NCBI GenBank assembly: GCA_027314665.1
Contig: DAHVAK010000271.1
Span: 1 to 57,746, forward strand
Origin: Spirochaetales bacterium
Lineage (GTDB): Bacteria > Spirochaetota > Spirochaetia > DAHUYW01
Direction of reading: 5' to 3'
DNA length: 57,746 nucleotides
Position 1 is the first letter of the stretch. Each line of letters begins with the position of its first letter. The notes beneath the pieces are model-generated. The model was given only the letters and a program-made list of their open reading frames with translations, was not told the origin of the DNA and did no database searches. Below, one piece after another: positions 1 to 9,466 of the stretch. The position numbers and the translations under genes were made by a program.

Positions 1-1
1 C

Positions 2-784
2 TATGAGACCATCCGACGAAAAAAAAGCGGCGAGATCGTGGACGTCTCGCTGCGGGCCTCCGCGATAAGAGACTATTCGGGAGAGGTTACCGGAATCTCC
101 CTGATCGCGCGGGACATCACCACGCGCAAGGACCTCAACAAGCGCCTGCTCGAGATGCGCAATCGCGAGCAGGCGCGTATCGGGCGAGACCTTCACGACA
201 GTCTCGGCCAGCAGCTGACGGGAATCCTCTTTCGCATGAAGGGGTTGGAGGTTCGACTCCGCGCGCAGGGGATGGAGGAGGACCGCGCCGAGGCCGCCGA
301 GATCGGGCAGCTCGTGAAGGACGGGATCCACAAGACCCGGGAGCTTGCAGCGGGCCTCATTCCGGCGACGCTGCAATCCCTGGGCCTGAAGGATGCGCTC
401 GCCCAGCTCACCGCCAACGTGGCGGCGGTGTGCGAGATGAAGGCGCATTTCCATTGCTCTCAGCGTTTATCTCTGACCGATCAGGTCGTCGTGACGGAGC
501 TCTACCACATTGCCGAAGAAGCCTTGACCAATGCCGTGAAGCACGCCGAAGCCTCCTACGTCGAAGTCCACCTCGACGAGGCAAGCTCGGAGCTTACCCT
601 GCGCATACGCGACGACGGCAAGGGCATGCCGCCGAGCCCCGCGCGGGGCCTCGGCTTGAAAATCATGGATTACCGCGCCAACTTGATCAACGCGCGCCTT
701 TCCATCTCTTCGCGCCCGGGAGAGGGCACGGTGGTCGTCTGCCGCTTGCCGCTGGATCAATTCACTCGGGGAGGACGCATATGA
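2..784 (+). CDS. sensor histidine kinase, HisKA_3/NarL-type, 5'-truncated by the window edge
   Basis: The frame is open from base 2, so the ORF-track start at 38 is an internal GTG. It has a PAS-like tail (SGEVTGISLIARDITTRK), an H-box (RIGRDLHDSLGQQLTG) and HATPase_c motifs (DDGKGM, GLGLKIM). Its TGA stop overlaps the next ATG (ATGA). Confidence 0.85.
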   Translation, partial: YETIRRKKSGEIVDVSLRASAIRDYSGEVTGISLIARDITTRKDLNKRLLEMRNREQARIGRDLHDSLGQQLTGILFRMKGLEVRLRAQGMEEDRAEAAEIGQLVKDGIHKTRELAAGLIPATLQSLGLKDALAQLTANVAAVCEMKAHFHCSQRLSLTDQVVVTELYHIAEEALTNAVKHAEASYVEVHLDEASSELTLRIRDDGKGMPPSPARGLGLKIMDYRANLINARLSISSRPGEGTVVVCRLPLDQFTRGGRI

Positions 785-1434
785 TGCAGACAATTGTCGT
801 GGTCGACGACCATCCAATCGTGCGACAGGGCCTCATCCGGCTGATTTCCTCCGAGCCCAACCTGCGCGTGGTGGGGGAGGCCGAGGACAGCGACTCCGCC
901 CTCGATGTCGTGCGCGTCGAGCATCCCAGCCTCGTCCTCGTCGACCTTTCCTTGAAGAACTCAAGCGGCATCGAGCTGATCAAAGACATCGCCGCCCTCG
1001 CGCCTGAAGCAAAGGTGCTCGTTGTTTCCCTCCACGACGAGAGCGTCTATGCCGAGCGGGCTCTGCGGGCGGGCGCGCGCGGCTTCGTCATGAAAAGCGA
1101 GGCGATTGACGACGTTCTCGTTGCGATCAAAGTGGTCGTCTCCGGGGGGGTCTACCTCAGCCCGAGCCTGAAGTCGGAGCTGATAGATCTTCAGTTCTCG
1201 CATCAAGGAAGCGCTCGAGCAACAACCGGCATCGAGTCCCTGAGCGACCGCGAGCTCGAAGTGCTCCAGCTGCTCGGAGAGGGGAAGGGCCCTGGGATCA
1301 TCGCGCAGGCCCTGAACTTGAGCGTGAAGACGGTGGAAACCTACAAGTCGCACCTCAAGCAGAAGCTCAACCTCAAGGATACGACCGCCCTCGTGCAGTA
1401 TGCGGTCAAGTTCTGCCTCGACAAGAACCTCTAG
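781..1434 (+). CDS. response regulator, NarL/LuxR family (REC + LuxR HTH)
   Basis: The start at ATG 781 is in frame within ORF 430..1434. The N-terminus (MMQTIVVVDDHPIVRQGL) is a REC domain and the C-terminus (LSDRELEVLQLLGEGKGPGIIAQALNLSVKTVETYKSHL) is a LuxR-type HTH. It is translationally coupled to the upstream kinase. Confidence 0.9.
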   Translation: MMQTIVVVDDHPIVRQGLIRLISSEPNLRVVGEAEDSDSALDVVRVEHPSLVLVDLSLKNSSGIELIKDIAALAPEAKVLVVSLHDESVYAERALRAGARGFVMKSEAIDDVLVAIKVVVSGGVYLSPSLKSELIDLQFSHQGSARATTGIESLSDRELEVLQLLGEGKGPGIIAQALNLSVKTVETYKSHLKQKLNLKDTTALVQYAVKFCLDKNL

Positions 1435-1553
1435 CAGGGTGCTGACAAAGTGATTGACCCGCTGCCAAAACGGCGTTTTCTATGGCTTCTTGCCGCAGAT
1501 TGGCTTGAGAAAACGCCGTTTTGGCAGGTACCTTTGAGTTTTTCAGCGACCTG
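1435..1553 (+). repeat. MITE-like palindromic element, full copy A (119 bp)
   Basis: The element runs CAGGGTGCTGACAA...CTGCCAAAACGGCGTTTTC-loop-GAAAACGCCGTTTTGGCAG...TTTTCAGCGACCTG. Its first 51 nt are identical to the copy at 56694. It is flanked by TA at 1432-1433 and 1555-1556. It starts directly after the TAG stop of the response regulator. Confidence 0.8.
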
Positions 1554-1668
1554 CTAGCGGCGCTCCGGCGCGGTCCTGAAACCCCGCAGGCCCGCTCCCT
1601 GCAGCTCGCCTGCGATCGATTGACTTCCTTCCTTGCCCAAAGGAGCTCGCCTGAGATAGAATGAGGCG

Positions 1669-3474
1669 ATGATACCCCTCAGCAACATCCGCAATTTCTG
1701 CATCATCGCACATATCGATCACGGAAAGTCGACTCTGGCTGATCGATTCATCCAACGGGCGCATATCATCTCCGAGCGCGACTTCAAGGATCAGATCCTC
1801 GACAACATGGACATCGAGCGGGAGAGAGGCATTACCATTAAGTCCCAGGCGGTCACGATGCCTTACACCGCGGCCGACGGGCAGGAATACCGTCTCAACC
1901 TCGTCGACACTCCCGGGCACGTCGACTTTTCCTATGAGGTCTCTCGGGCGATCTACTCCTGCGAGGGCGCGATTCTCCTCATCGACGCGACGCAGGGGGT
2001 GGAGGCGCAGACGCTGTCGAACATGTACATGGCGCTCGAGCACGACCTGGAAATCCTGCCCGTGATAAACAAGATTGACCTGCCCGGCGCCGACGTCGAA
2101 TGGGTCCGCCGCCAGATTGAGCACGACCTTGGCCTCGACGCGAGCAATCTCTGTCTGATCTCCGCGAAGAAGGGGCTCGGGATCGAGGAGCTGCTGGAGG
2201 CCGTGGTCCGCGTGATACCTCCCCCAAAGCCGCCGAAGGACGACCAGCTCAAGGCCCTCATCTTCGACTCGCGCTACGACGCTTATCGGGGAGTCATCGC
2301 CTACGTGCGGATGTTTTCGGGGGTTGTGCAGCCCGGGCAGCAGATACGCTTCTGGTCAGGGAAATCGGGCTACAAGGTCGAGGAGACCGGGATCTTCAAG
2401 ATCGGGCTCGAGCCCACTGCGAACCTCTCGGCCGGGGACGTCGGCTACATCATCTGCGGGGTAAAGGAGATCTCCGAGGTTCGCGTCGGAGACACCATCA
2501 CCGACGAACTTCATCCCTGCGATGCGCCTCTGCCGGGGTTCAAGGAAGTCAAGCCGGTAGTCTTCTCCTCAATCTATCCCATCGATGCGAACGAGTACGA
2601 GGAGCTCCATTCCGCCATCGACAAGCTCCGGCTGAACGATGCCTCCCTCGTCTACGAGAAGGACTCCTCCGCGGCGCTCGGATTTGGATTTCGCTGCGGA
2701 TTCCTCGGGCTCCTTCACCTCGAGGTTGTCCAGGAGAGGCTTGAACGGGAGTTCGATCTCTCGATCGTTCTGACCTCTCCTTCCGTGCGCTATCGTCTCA
2801 CCTTGACCGACGGACAGACCCTCTACGTCGACAACCCCAGCGAGTTTCCCAATCCTTCGAGCATCGACGGGGCGGAAGAGCCCTACATCGCTGCGAGCAT
2901 CATCACGCCGACGGAATACCTGGGGAGCATCATCACCCTGTGTCTCGAGAAGCGTGGCACGCAGAAGAGCATGACCTATCTTGATCCGAAACGGGTCGAA
3001 GTGGTGTATGAGATGCCGCTCGCGGAAGTGCTCTTCGACTTCTACGACCGGCTCAAATCGATGAGTCGAGGCTACGCCTCCTTCGACTACACCGTAAGCG
3101 ACTACCAGCCGACCGATCTCGTCAAGCTCGACATCCTCATCAACGGCAAGCCCGTCGACGCGCTGTCGCAGCTCGTCTATCACGAGCGAGCCCAAAGCCG
3201 CGCGCGGACGATCTGCAAGCGCTTGGTCGACGAGATCCCCCGTCAGCAGTTCAAGATCCCCATCCAGGGAGCGATCGGCAGCACCATCATCGCGCGCGAG
3301 ACGATCTCCGCCTTCCGCAAGGACGTCACGGCGAAGTGCTACGGAGGAGACATCACCCGCAAGCGAAAGCTTCTTGAGAAGCAGAAAGAGGGCAAGAAGC
3401 GCATGAAGATGGTGGGCGACGTCGAGCTTCCCCAGTCGGCCTTTCTATCGGTGCTGAAGACGGCGGAGGAGTAG
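1669..3474 (+). CDS. lepA: translation elongation factor 4 (LepA)
   Basis: 601 aa. The GTPase G1 motif is AHIDHGKST, followed by DTPGHVDF and NKIDL. The conserved LepA C-terminus is present ([55 protein letters not shown]). Confidence 0.97.
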   Translation: MIPLSNIRNFCIIAHIDHGKSTLADRFIQRAHIISERDFKDQILDNMDIERERGITIKSQAVTMPYTAADGQEYRLNLVDTPGHVDFSYEVSRAIYSCEGAILLIDATQGVEAQTLSNMYMALEHDLEILPVINKIDLPGADVEWVRRQIEHDLGLDASNLCLISAKKGLGIEELLEAVVRVIPPPKPPKDDQLKALIFDSRYDAYRGVIAYVRMFSGVVQPGQQIRFWSGKSGYKVEETGIFKIGLEPTANLSAGDVGYIICGVKEISEVRVGDTITDELHPCDAPLPGFKEVKPVVFSSIYPIDANEYEELHSAIDKLRLNDASLVYEKDSSAALGFGFRCGFLGLLHLEVVQERLEREFDLSIVLTSPSVRYRLTLTDGQTLYVDNPSEFPNPSSIDGAEEPYIAASIITPTEYLGSIITLCLEKRGTQKSMTYLDPKRVEVVYEMPLAEVLFDFYDRLKSMSRGYASFDYTVSDYQPTDLVKLDILINGKPVDALSQLVYHERAQSRARTICKRLVDEIPRQQFKIPIQGAIGSTIIARETISAFRKDVTAKCYGGDITRKRKLLEKQKEGKKRMKMVGDVELPQSAFLSVLKTAEE

Positions 3475-3484
3475 CGCGGGGCTC

Positions 3485-5194
3485 CTACGCGCGCGGGGCC
3501 TGCTCCTCGGTGAGCCGGCGCAAGGAGCGCTCGATCCAGGAGCGGCAGGTGTCGATGGATTCAACGGCCCTCTTCAGGAAGCCAGGATCGACCGACGGAA
3601 GGGGAGGCGGATCGGGGAAGTGAAGGTAGACGTAGTCCACTTCCTCAAGCGCCGCTGTCGCCTCTCGTTCCGAGGCCGATCCGCGAGAGAGCACATCAAG
3701 GTGCCGCAGCGCCGCCGCCGCCGCTGAGGCAAGAAGGCCCTCCTCGCGGCGCAGAAACGATAGGAGCGTCGATCGCCGCTCCGACTCCGACGAGTCCCGG
3801 CTGCCGTGCGGCAGCGATTCGGGAGCCTCCCTTGCAGGAGCCGCGGCTGAGCTCGCGTGCGCCTCGCGCAGCACGGCCGCGAGCTTCTCAGGCAGGGAAC
3901 AGCGGGGCAGGCCGAGATCGAGGCCCCGCTCGCCGATGTCGAATACGCGCTGCTCGCCTGCAACGACCTCCCCTAGCAGCCTGCGATACCCCAAGAGGAT
4001 CGGATCGGTGACGACCGTTCCGCCGCTCTTGTTCTCCGCCGCGAGCAGGGCGCGCGCGCCCTGACCCTGGAAGGGAGAGGGAGGCCGGGTTCGGCTCCAG
4101 CCTTCGAGCTGACGAAGGTGGGCGGGAGCTCCGCGGGCGTGGGTCTTTCCTAGCTGGTAGGAGAAGTCCAGCCCGGCGACGAACACCGGCGCCTCCGTGA
4201 GATCCAGGGCGCAGTAGAGGGCAGCGACGCCGACGGACCCGAGCGGCGGAATGAGGAGCGGTCGAAGCTGCGCCTCCGCGAGCCTTCGGGCGAGCGCCGA
4301 GGGCGCGAAATCGGAGAGGAAGAGAATGACAGGCTTGGTCGAGGCCCGAAGGGCTGCGGGGTTCGAGCAAAGGTCCGCCATTATCCGCAGCCCCGCCGAA
4401 TGGGAGGCCGAGCCGGGAGCGAGGCCCGCGGCAACAAAATCGTCGATGTTGGCGAACTGACCCTCGAGCACGAAGACCGCGTCCGGGCGGACCCCGCTGT
4501 GAACAAGGGTTGGGAGCGCGGTGTCGACGGCGAGCAGGTACACCCGATCGCGGACCGAGCGAATCGGCTCGAGAGCCCCCTCCAGAGACTCGCCGGCGCC
4601 CGCGACGACGATCGGAAGTGGGATGCGGGTGTCGCGCAGGTCTCGGGCGGAGAGGATCTCGGGGAGATTGAGAAGAACGTTCTTGATCCAGAGGCTTGAG
4701 AGCTCGATGAGCGTCAGGCGATTTCGCCAGTGGGCCTGGATCTCGCCTTGGACGCTTTCGAAGACCTGTTGGTAGAAGGCGCTCGAGAGGGCGTAGCCTC
4801 CGCTCAGACGAATCTCGATACAGCGGCGGAAGCGTCCGATGTGAAGCGAGTCCAATACTCCCTTCAGGGTCTTCACCGACTCGGTGCGCACGTACGAGAT
4901 GCGCGGATCGGTTGCGATCCGTCCTGCGCTTTCAAGCGACAAGGCCATCAGCTTCTGATCGGCTTCGATCGCAAGCACGTGGCACGTCTCGGGAAGCCGC
5001 GCGAGAAGGAGCGGGACTCCGTAGAACAGGAGAGGCGAGGGGAGAAGGACCAGGGTGTGGGAGGGAATCGCAAAGCCCGCCGCTCTTCGCTCCGCGCTCG
5101 CGACGGGAGACTGGGTCGAATACAGATGCCGACTACGATAGTAAACCGTGAGCCCCCTCCCCGTATCCTCGAGGAGGGGAGCCTCGGCGTCCAT
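3485..5194 (-). CDS. uncharacterized protein with a DUF115 / MptE-like (Maf-type) core
   Basis: 569 aa. The central segment IVVAGAGESLEGALEPIRSVRDRVYLLAVDTALPTLVHSGVRPDAVFVLEGQ resembles the GxGPSL...D nucleotide-binding core of DUF115 proteins. The start ATG overlaps the upstream stop (TGATG). Confidence 0.45.
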   Translation of the reverse strand: MDAEAPLLEDTGRGLTVYYRSRHLYSTQSPVASAERRAAGFAIPSHTLVLLPSPLLFYGVPLLLARLPETCHVLAIEADQKLMALSLESAGRIATDPRISYVRTESVKTLKGVLDSLHIGRFRRCIEIRLSGGYALSSAFYQQVFESVQGEIQAHWRNRLTLIELSSLWIKNVLLNLPEILSARDLRDTRIPLPIVVAGAGESLEGALEPIRSVRDRVYLLAVDTALPTLVHSGVRPDAVFVLEGQFANIDDFVAAGLAPGSASHSAGLRIMADLCSNPAALRASTKPVILFLSDFAPSALARRLAEAQLRPLLIPPLGSVGVAALYCALDLTEAPVFVAGLDFSYQLGKTHARGAPAHLRQLEGWSRTRPPSPFQGQGARALLAAENKSGGTVVTDPILLGYRRLLGEVVAGEQRVFDIGERGLDLGLPRCSLPEKLAAVLREAHASSAAAPAREAPESLPHGSRDSSESERRSTLLSFLRREEGLLASAAAAALRHLDVLSRGSASEREATAALEEVDYVYLHFPDPPPLPSVDPGFLKRAVESIDTCRSWIERSLRRLTEEQAPRA

Positions 5195-6744
5195 CAGGGC
5201 GATGCCGAGGCGAAGTTGAAGTTCTTTAAGAAGACCTGCTGGAAATTATCCTCGAACTTCGGCGACTGCAAGATATGATCGACGAGATCAGTCTGGGTGT
5301 ACTGCTGAAGGATGTAGGGGTAGTAGCGCCCAATTGCGGTCGCCTCGCCGGCAGGCGCGCTGCGCTCGTCGAGAGGATCCACAACGACGATGTTCGTGTC
5401 CAGGATGATCGGCTTGGAGATGGCGCCGATTTTCAGGGAGAAGAGCTCCTGGAAGAAGCTCTGGTTGTAGGCTCCGCTTGCGAGGGCATCGTTGTTGTCG
5501 AGGGCCTTCATCTGCGGGAGAAAAAAGGCGTTTCCATAGTTGATCGGGAAGTAGTTGGTCTGGTGAACGGCCAGGCCCTGTCGAACGCTGGCTGCATCGA
5601 AGCCGACCTTTGCAGCAGCGTCACGGAACTCGTTGCCGAGGTTCGAGAGGTAATCCTCGATCTGGCCTCGTTCGTACTGCTCCATGTAGGCCCGCACGGT
5701 TTTGACGGTGTTCGGATCGGTGAAATCCGGCTGTCGGGCCGGCTGGTTCACGCGATAGATGACCCAACCGAAGGAGGTCTTGATGACCGGCGATATCTGC
5801 CCGCTCTTCATTGCGAAAAGCTTTTCGAGATCGGCCACGTTTTGGAAATCCGGCTTGAGGCTGTTGAAGTCCACCCAACCCATCTCACCGCCCTTGTCGG
5901 CGTAGGAGTCCTTGGACTGGTTCTTGGCGATCTCCTCGAAAAGATTCGGGTTTTCCTCGAGCTTCTGGTAGATGGCGTTTGTGTCCGACTCGCTCGATTT
6001 TACCGTGATTCGGCTCATGTTGATGGTGCGGAAGAGGTTTGCATGCGCCTGGCCGAACTTCACGACGAGGTTGGCAGGATATTGGGCAAAGCTGAAGACC
6101 ACGTACCTGAAATCCCGTTCGGGGGAAGCCATCCCCTTGATGAAGTCGACGGCATTGGTGCTGACCTTCTGATCATAGAGGATGTCGTCGTAGTATTGCT
6201 GCTGGATGAGATCCTCAGCGTACAGCTCGCGGTTGGCCTGTCGATCGGACGGCGAGGCCTGATTGTACGCCTCGACGCTGAACTTCCCGTTCACAGTGTA
6301 GGGCCCGTACTTCGCCAAGGCTTCATCCACCCGATGCCCAGTCACGATGAGCCCGCTGCGGTGTGCATCCTGGAGGATGGCGGTGTGGACGACCGTGCGC
6401 TCAAAGGCACCGCGCCAAACCTGGTAGGTGACCAGCTCGGGGTTGGCGGTCGCCTGTTGACTTTCGATCTGCTGCTGGAGGAGATCCCGCTGTCTTGCGA
6501 AGTAGTTTTGCGGATTGCCTATGAAGCGGATGTCCTCGCCGTTGTACTTTCCGAACACGAGGCTTCCCGCGGCAAAGTTGCCGGGGCGGAACGGAAGGGC
6601 GACGAAGGTCACCACCACGATGACGAGAATTATCACGCTGAAGACGTAGACGAGGGGATGTGACTGGTGTCTCTTCTCAATCTGCTCAGAGGGCTTCTTG
6701 TCCGGGGTCTTTCCCTTGAGGCGACGCATTTCTCGTGATGGCAT
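5194..6744 (-). CDS. PpiD/SurA-like periplasmic chaperone with a parvulin PPIase domain
   Basis: 516 aa. It has an N-terminal TM anchor (LVYVFSVIILVIVVVTFVALPF) followed by a long chaperone region. A parvulin-like segment is present (GGEMGWVDFNSLKPDFQNV...GQISPVIKTSFGWVIYRV). Confidence 0.7.
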   Translation of the reverse strand: MPSREMRRLKGKTPDKKPSEQIEKRHQSHPLVYVFSVIILVIVVVTFVALPFRPGNFAAGSLVFGKYNGEDIRFIGNPQNYFARQRDLLQQQIESQQATANPELVTYQVWRGAFERTVVHTAILQDAHRSGLIVTGHRVDEALAKYGPYTVNGKFSVEAYNQASPSDRQANRELYAEDLIQQQYYDDILYDQKVSTNAVDFIKGMASPERDFRYVVFSFAQYPANLVVKFGQAHANLFRTINMSRITVKSSESDTNAIYQKLEENPNLFEEIAKNQSKDSYADKGGEMGWVDFNSLKPDFQNVADLEKLFAMKSGQISPVIKTSFGWVIYRVNQPARQPDFTDPNTVKTVRAYMEQYERGQIEDYLSNLGNEFRDAAAKVGFDAASVRQGLAVHQTNYFPINYGNAFFLPQMKALDNNDALASGAYNQSFFQELFSLKIGAISKPIILDTNIVVVDPLDERSAPAGEATAIGRYYPYILQQYTQTDLVDHILQSPKFEDNFQQVFLKNFNFASASP

Positions 6745-6845
6745 GATTATCCCTTACGATTCGTACCTGTATCGACGACCCGCAAACGATACCATGCAGC
6801 GGACAGCGTGTCAATTCGCCTCCCTCGGCGGCCATCCGCCCCTTG

Positions 6846-6874
6846 TTGACACGATCGGAGAAGTCCAGTATAGT
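6846..6874 (+). promoter_or_regulatory. sigma70-like promoter for the tRNA-Asp/tRNA-Pro pair
   Basis: TTGACA (6846-6851), a 17 nt spacer, then TATAGT (6869-6874). The -10 ends 16 nt before the tRNA-Asp 5' end. Confidence 0.6.
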
Positions 6875-6890
6875 TCGACCCGGATCATCG

Positions 6891-6964
6891 GGGGGCGTGG
6901 CGAAGCTGGTTATCGCGCCGGCCTGTCAAGCCGGAGATCGCGGGTTCAAGTCCCGTCGCTCCCG
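6891..6964 (+). tRNA. tRNA-Asp (anticodon GTC)
   Basis: Hand-folded cloverleaf. The acceptor stem GGGGGCG/CGCTCCC has 7 bp including one G-T pair. The anticodon stem is CCGGC/GCCGG with loop CTGTCAA. The T-arm contains GGTTCAAGTCC and the discriminator is G. No CCA is encoded. Confidence 0.9.
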
Positions 6965-6988
6965 ATTCCCTCCCTTCCGGGACGCCCT

Positions 6989-7061
6989 CGGGCTGTAGCG
7001 CAGTTGGTAGCGCGCATGGTTCGGGACCATGAGGTCCGCGGTTCAAGCCCGCGCAGCCCGA
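6989..7061 (+). tRNA. tRNA-Pro (anticodon CGG)
   Basis: The acceptor stem CGGGCTG/CAGCCCG is 7 perfect bp with C1:G72 and A73, as is typical of bacterial tRNA-Pro. The anticodon stem is CATGG/CCATG with loop TTCGGGA. The T-arm contains GGTTCAAGCCC. No CCA is encoded. Confidence 0.9.
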
Positions 7062-7157
7062 CTCTCCTTCTACCGAAAAAGCTTCACCTTCATCGAGGAA
7101 AGCCGCTGGAATTCGGGCCTATAGTTAGAGGAAAGCGAGTCCGAAGAGATAGGTAAG

Positions 7158-7997
7158 ATGAAGGTTTCTCGCTTCCTACTCGGCACGGCGGTGGCGTTTC
7201 TCCTAACAGTTGGGCTCGCGGCGGCCGAAGTGGAGCACGTCGTCCAGCAAGGTGAGACCGCCTACCACATCGCGCGCGCGTACGGCATCCCGGTCAAGGT
7301 TCTCCTCTCGGTCAACAAGATAACGGACGCACGCGACCTTCGCGTCGGAACGGTCCTGAAGATTCCCAGCCTCTACGTGGTGAAGCGAGGCGACACCCTC
7401 TACGGGATCGCACAGGAGTGCGGGGTGACCCTCCAGTCTCTGTTGACTCTCAACCGCCTTCAGGCTTCCCACATCCTCAAGGTAGGGCAGACCCTGGTCC
7501 TGCCGCGCAGCGCCCATGCGCCTTCGAAGGCACAGCCCGTCGTCGCTACCTCGCTCGACGACGCCGCGTCAAGCGCAGCGGATGGCGACGCCGTTGCACA
7601 GTCGGCACCCGAGTCCAGCCCGGATGCCCTGTCCTCCGGGCAGTCCCCCTTCTGGCCCCATCCCGGAAAGCGGGTTCTCCTCGCGGGAAAGCTTGCCGGA
7701 GGCGCCCAGATATGGGGCCGGGAGGGCGATCCGATCCTCTCGGTCTCGTCAGGGCGGGTGGTCTGGGTCGGGCCCTACCGGGGCTATGGACGAGTCGTCT
7801 TCGTGGAATCCGCCCGCAGCTACATCTACGTGTACGGGGGTGGCGAGCGTACCTTGGTGAGGGTAGGAGAGGAGGTCAGTCCCGGAACGGAGGTCGCGCA
7901 GATGGGCATCAACCCGCGCCTTGGCCAGGCGTTGACCTATTTCTTCGTCTACCGGGACGGCAAGCCGGTGGACCCTGAAACGGCGCCTCGCGGATAG
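7158..7997 (+). CDS. NlpD-like protein: signal peptide, two LysM domains and a degenerate LytM (M23) domain
   Basis: The signal peptide is MKVSRFLLGTAVAFLLTVGLAAA. The two LysM repeats are HVVQQGETAYHIARAYGIPVKVLLSVNKI and YVVKRGDTLYGIAQECGVTLQSLLTLNRL. The C-terminus has an M23-like fold (SGRVVWVGPYRGYGRVVFVE...GEEVSPGTEVAQMG) without obvious HxxxD or HxH catalytic motifs. Confidence 0.75.
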   Translation: MKVSRFLLGTAVAFLLTVGLAAAEVEHVVQQGETAYHIARAYGIPVKVLLSVNKITDARDLRVGTVLKIPSLYVVKRGDTLYGIAQECGVTLQSLLTLNRLQASHILKVGQTLVLPRSAHAPSKAQPVVATSLDDAASSAADGDAVAQSAPESSPDALSSGQSPFWPHPGKRVLLAGKLAGGAQIWGREGDPILSVSSGRVVWVGPYRGYGRVVFVESARSYIYVYGGGERTLVRVGEEVSPGTEVAQMGINPRLGQALTYFFVYRDGKPVDPETAPRG

Positions 7998-8023
7998 AGC
8001 CCCTCCGCAACGCGAGGCAAGAG

Positions 8024-8710
8024 GTGAAGCACGCAAAAATCATCGGGATCTCCGGAGGGTCCGGCGCGGGAAAAACGACGATCGTTCGCAAGATCTCCGA
8101 GATCGTATCCGACTTCGTCTTCATCCCCCAGGACAACTACTACAAGTCCTCCGACGAGATACCGCATCGAGCGACACCCTCCCGCAGCCCGACAGCGATC
8201 CCGAGCGGACTCCCTCCGCCGGAGCCCATCAGCAACGCCAACATCAGCGAGTTCAACTTCGACCGCCCCGACGCCTTCGACAACGAGCTTCTCCGCAAGC
8301 ACCTCCGCGCGCTCAAGGACTTTGAGGCGATCGACATGCCGCAGTACGACTTTGTCCACAACCGCCGCCTCGATCAGACGGTGCGGGTGGAGCCGAAAAA
8401 GCTCGTCCTCTTTGACGGGATCATGATCTTCTGCCACAGCACGATCCGCGAGTTGATCGATCTCAAGCTCTTCGTCGATACCCCCGACGACATCCGCTTC
8501 ATCAGGCGGCTGCGGCGGGACATCGAGGAACGCGGACGGACTGTCGACTCGGTCATCCGCCAGTATCTCGAGGTCGTGCGTCCCGGCCACTACGAGTTCG
8601 TCGAGCCGACCAAGCTCTACGCCGATCTCATCATCCCTGAAGGGGGCTTCAATGAGACGGCCATTCAGGTACTCGCCTCCTTCATCCGCGGCGTCGCCGA
8701 GGAGGGGTGA
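8024..8710 (+). CDS. udk: uridine kinase
   Basis: GTG start. The P-loop is GISGGSGAGKTT. Other Udk blocks are QDNYYK, FNFDRPDAFD, PQYDFVHNRR, FVDTPDDIRFIRRLRRDIEERGR and VRPGHYEFVEP. A Pro/Ser-rich insertion sits between the YYK and NFDRP blocks. Confidence 0.9.
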   Translation: MKHAKIIGISGGSGAGKTTIVRKISEIVSDFVFIPQDNYYKSSDEIPHRATPSRSPTAIPSGLPPPEPISNANISEFNFDRPDAFDNELLRKHLRALKDFEAIDMPQYDFVHNRRLDQTVRVEPKKLVLFDGIMIFCHSTIRELIDLKLFVDTPDDIRFIRRLRRDIEERGRTVDSVIRQYLEVVRPGHYEFVEPTKLYADLIIPEGGFNETAIQVLASFIRGVAEEG

Positions 8711-8793
8711 CACCGCTACCTATGGGGCCCTCTCCCCGGGGTTCTCATCCACGAGCTTTTCCCGCCCCCGCCTTGCCAGGGGAATGACCACGA

Positions 8794-8807
8794 ACCGACC
8801 AGTCGGT
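8794..8807. promoter_or_regulatory. candidate TetR operator palindrome
   Basis: ACCGAC-CA-GTCGGT has 6-bp arms. It sits immediately upstream of a TTGACC (8812-8817) / CATACT (8836-8841) promoter-like pair, ahead of the TetR ATG at 8868. Confidence 0.3.
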
Positions 8808-8867
8808 CGGCTTGACCTTCGGGAGGGAGCTGGCTCATACTGGGTTCGGCGCGTGCGGAGGTTGCGA

Positions 8868-9455
8868 ATGCCGGGAGAGGATCGAGGCGTACGGGAGTCG
8901 ATCATCGTCGCCGGGGTCTCGGCCTTTCGGAGACTCGGCTACCACGGGGCTTCGGTAAACGACATCGTCTCCGAGGCGGGGGTCTCGAAGGGGGGCTTCT
9001 ACCACCACTTTCCGAGCAAGGAGGCCCTCTTCGTGGAGGTGATGGAGCGTGTGCTCTTCATTCGCGAGGAGGGGGAGCCCCCTGCGCCGGGCGATGCCGA
9101 CGTCGAGGAGCGTCTGCGCGCTCTGTTTTTCGCGCCGCTTTCGCGCGAGGCGGACTATCTCCCCATCCTTTTCGACGCAATCAAGGCCTCGGCAGTCGTT
9201 CGGGAGCGGGTCGCCGAGCTCTTTGGCTCCTACCGCGAGCGCTGCGAGGGCCTGCTCCGCAGGGGACAGGAGGTCGGGGCCGTTCGCGAGCGCCTCGACT
9301 GCGCCTCGTGGGCCTTCCAGATCGTCGCCTCTATCGAGGGGGCTTTTCTGCTCTCGGTCGTTTCGCCCGATCCCACCGGGAGCGAGCGTCTTCCCGAGGC
9401 GCTCGACAAGCTCTTCGAAACCCTCTGGCGAGTCCTGCGGCGCATCGACATCTAG
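8868..9455 (+). CDS. TetR/AcrR family transcriptional regulator
   Basis: The internal ATG at 8868 is preceded by GGAGG. The TetR HTH is IIVAGVSAFRRLGYHGASVNDIVSEAGVSKGGFYHHFPSKEALF. The part of the tracked ORF upstream of 8868 overlaps udk. Confidence 0.85.
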   Translation: MPGEDRGVRESIIVAGVSAFRRLGYHGASVNDIVSEAGVSKGGFYHHFPSKEALFVEVMERVLFIREEGEPPAPGDADVEERLRALFFAPLSREADYLPILFDAIKASAVVRERVAELFGSYRERCEGLLRRGQEVGAVRERLDCASWAFQIVASIEGAFLLSVVSPDPTGSERLPEALDKLFETLWRVLRRIDI

Positions 9456-9466
9456 CAGGGTTCGGT

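Noticed and set aside
5275-6663. Long antisense ORFs opposite real genes. Examples are 5275-6663(+), 19561-21906(-), 27090-27920(-), 35778-37364(-), 38185-39600(+), 40995-42734(+), 43561-44697(+), 48390-49565(+) and 55028-56011(+).
   Set aside because: They have Arg/Gly/Pro/Ala-rich low-complexity translations with no recognisable motifs. Each lies exactly opposite a gene with strong family signatures. This is the typical stop-codon-poor shadow frame of high-GC DNA.
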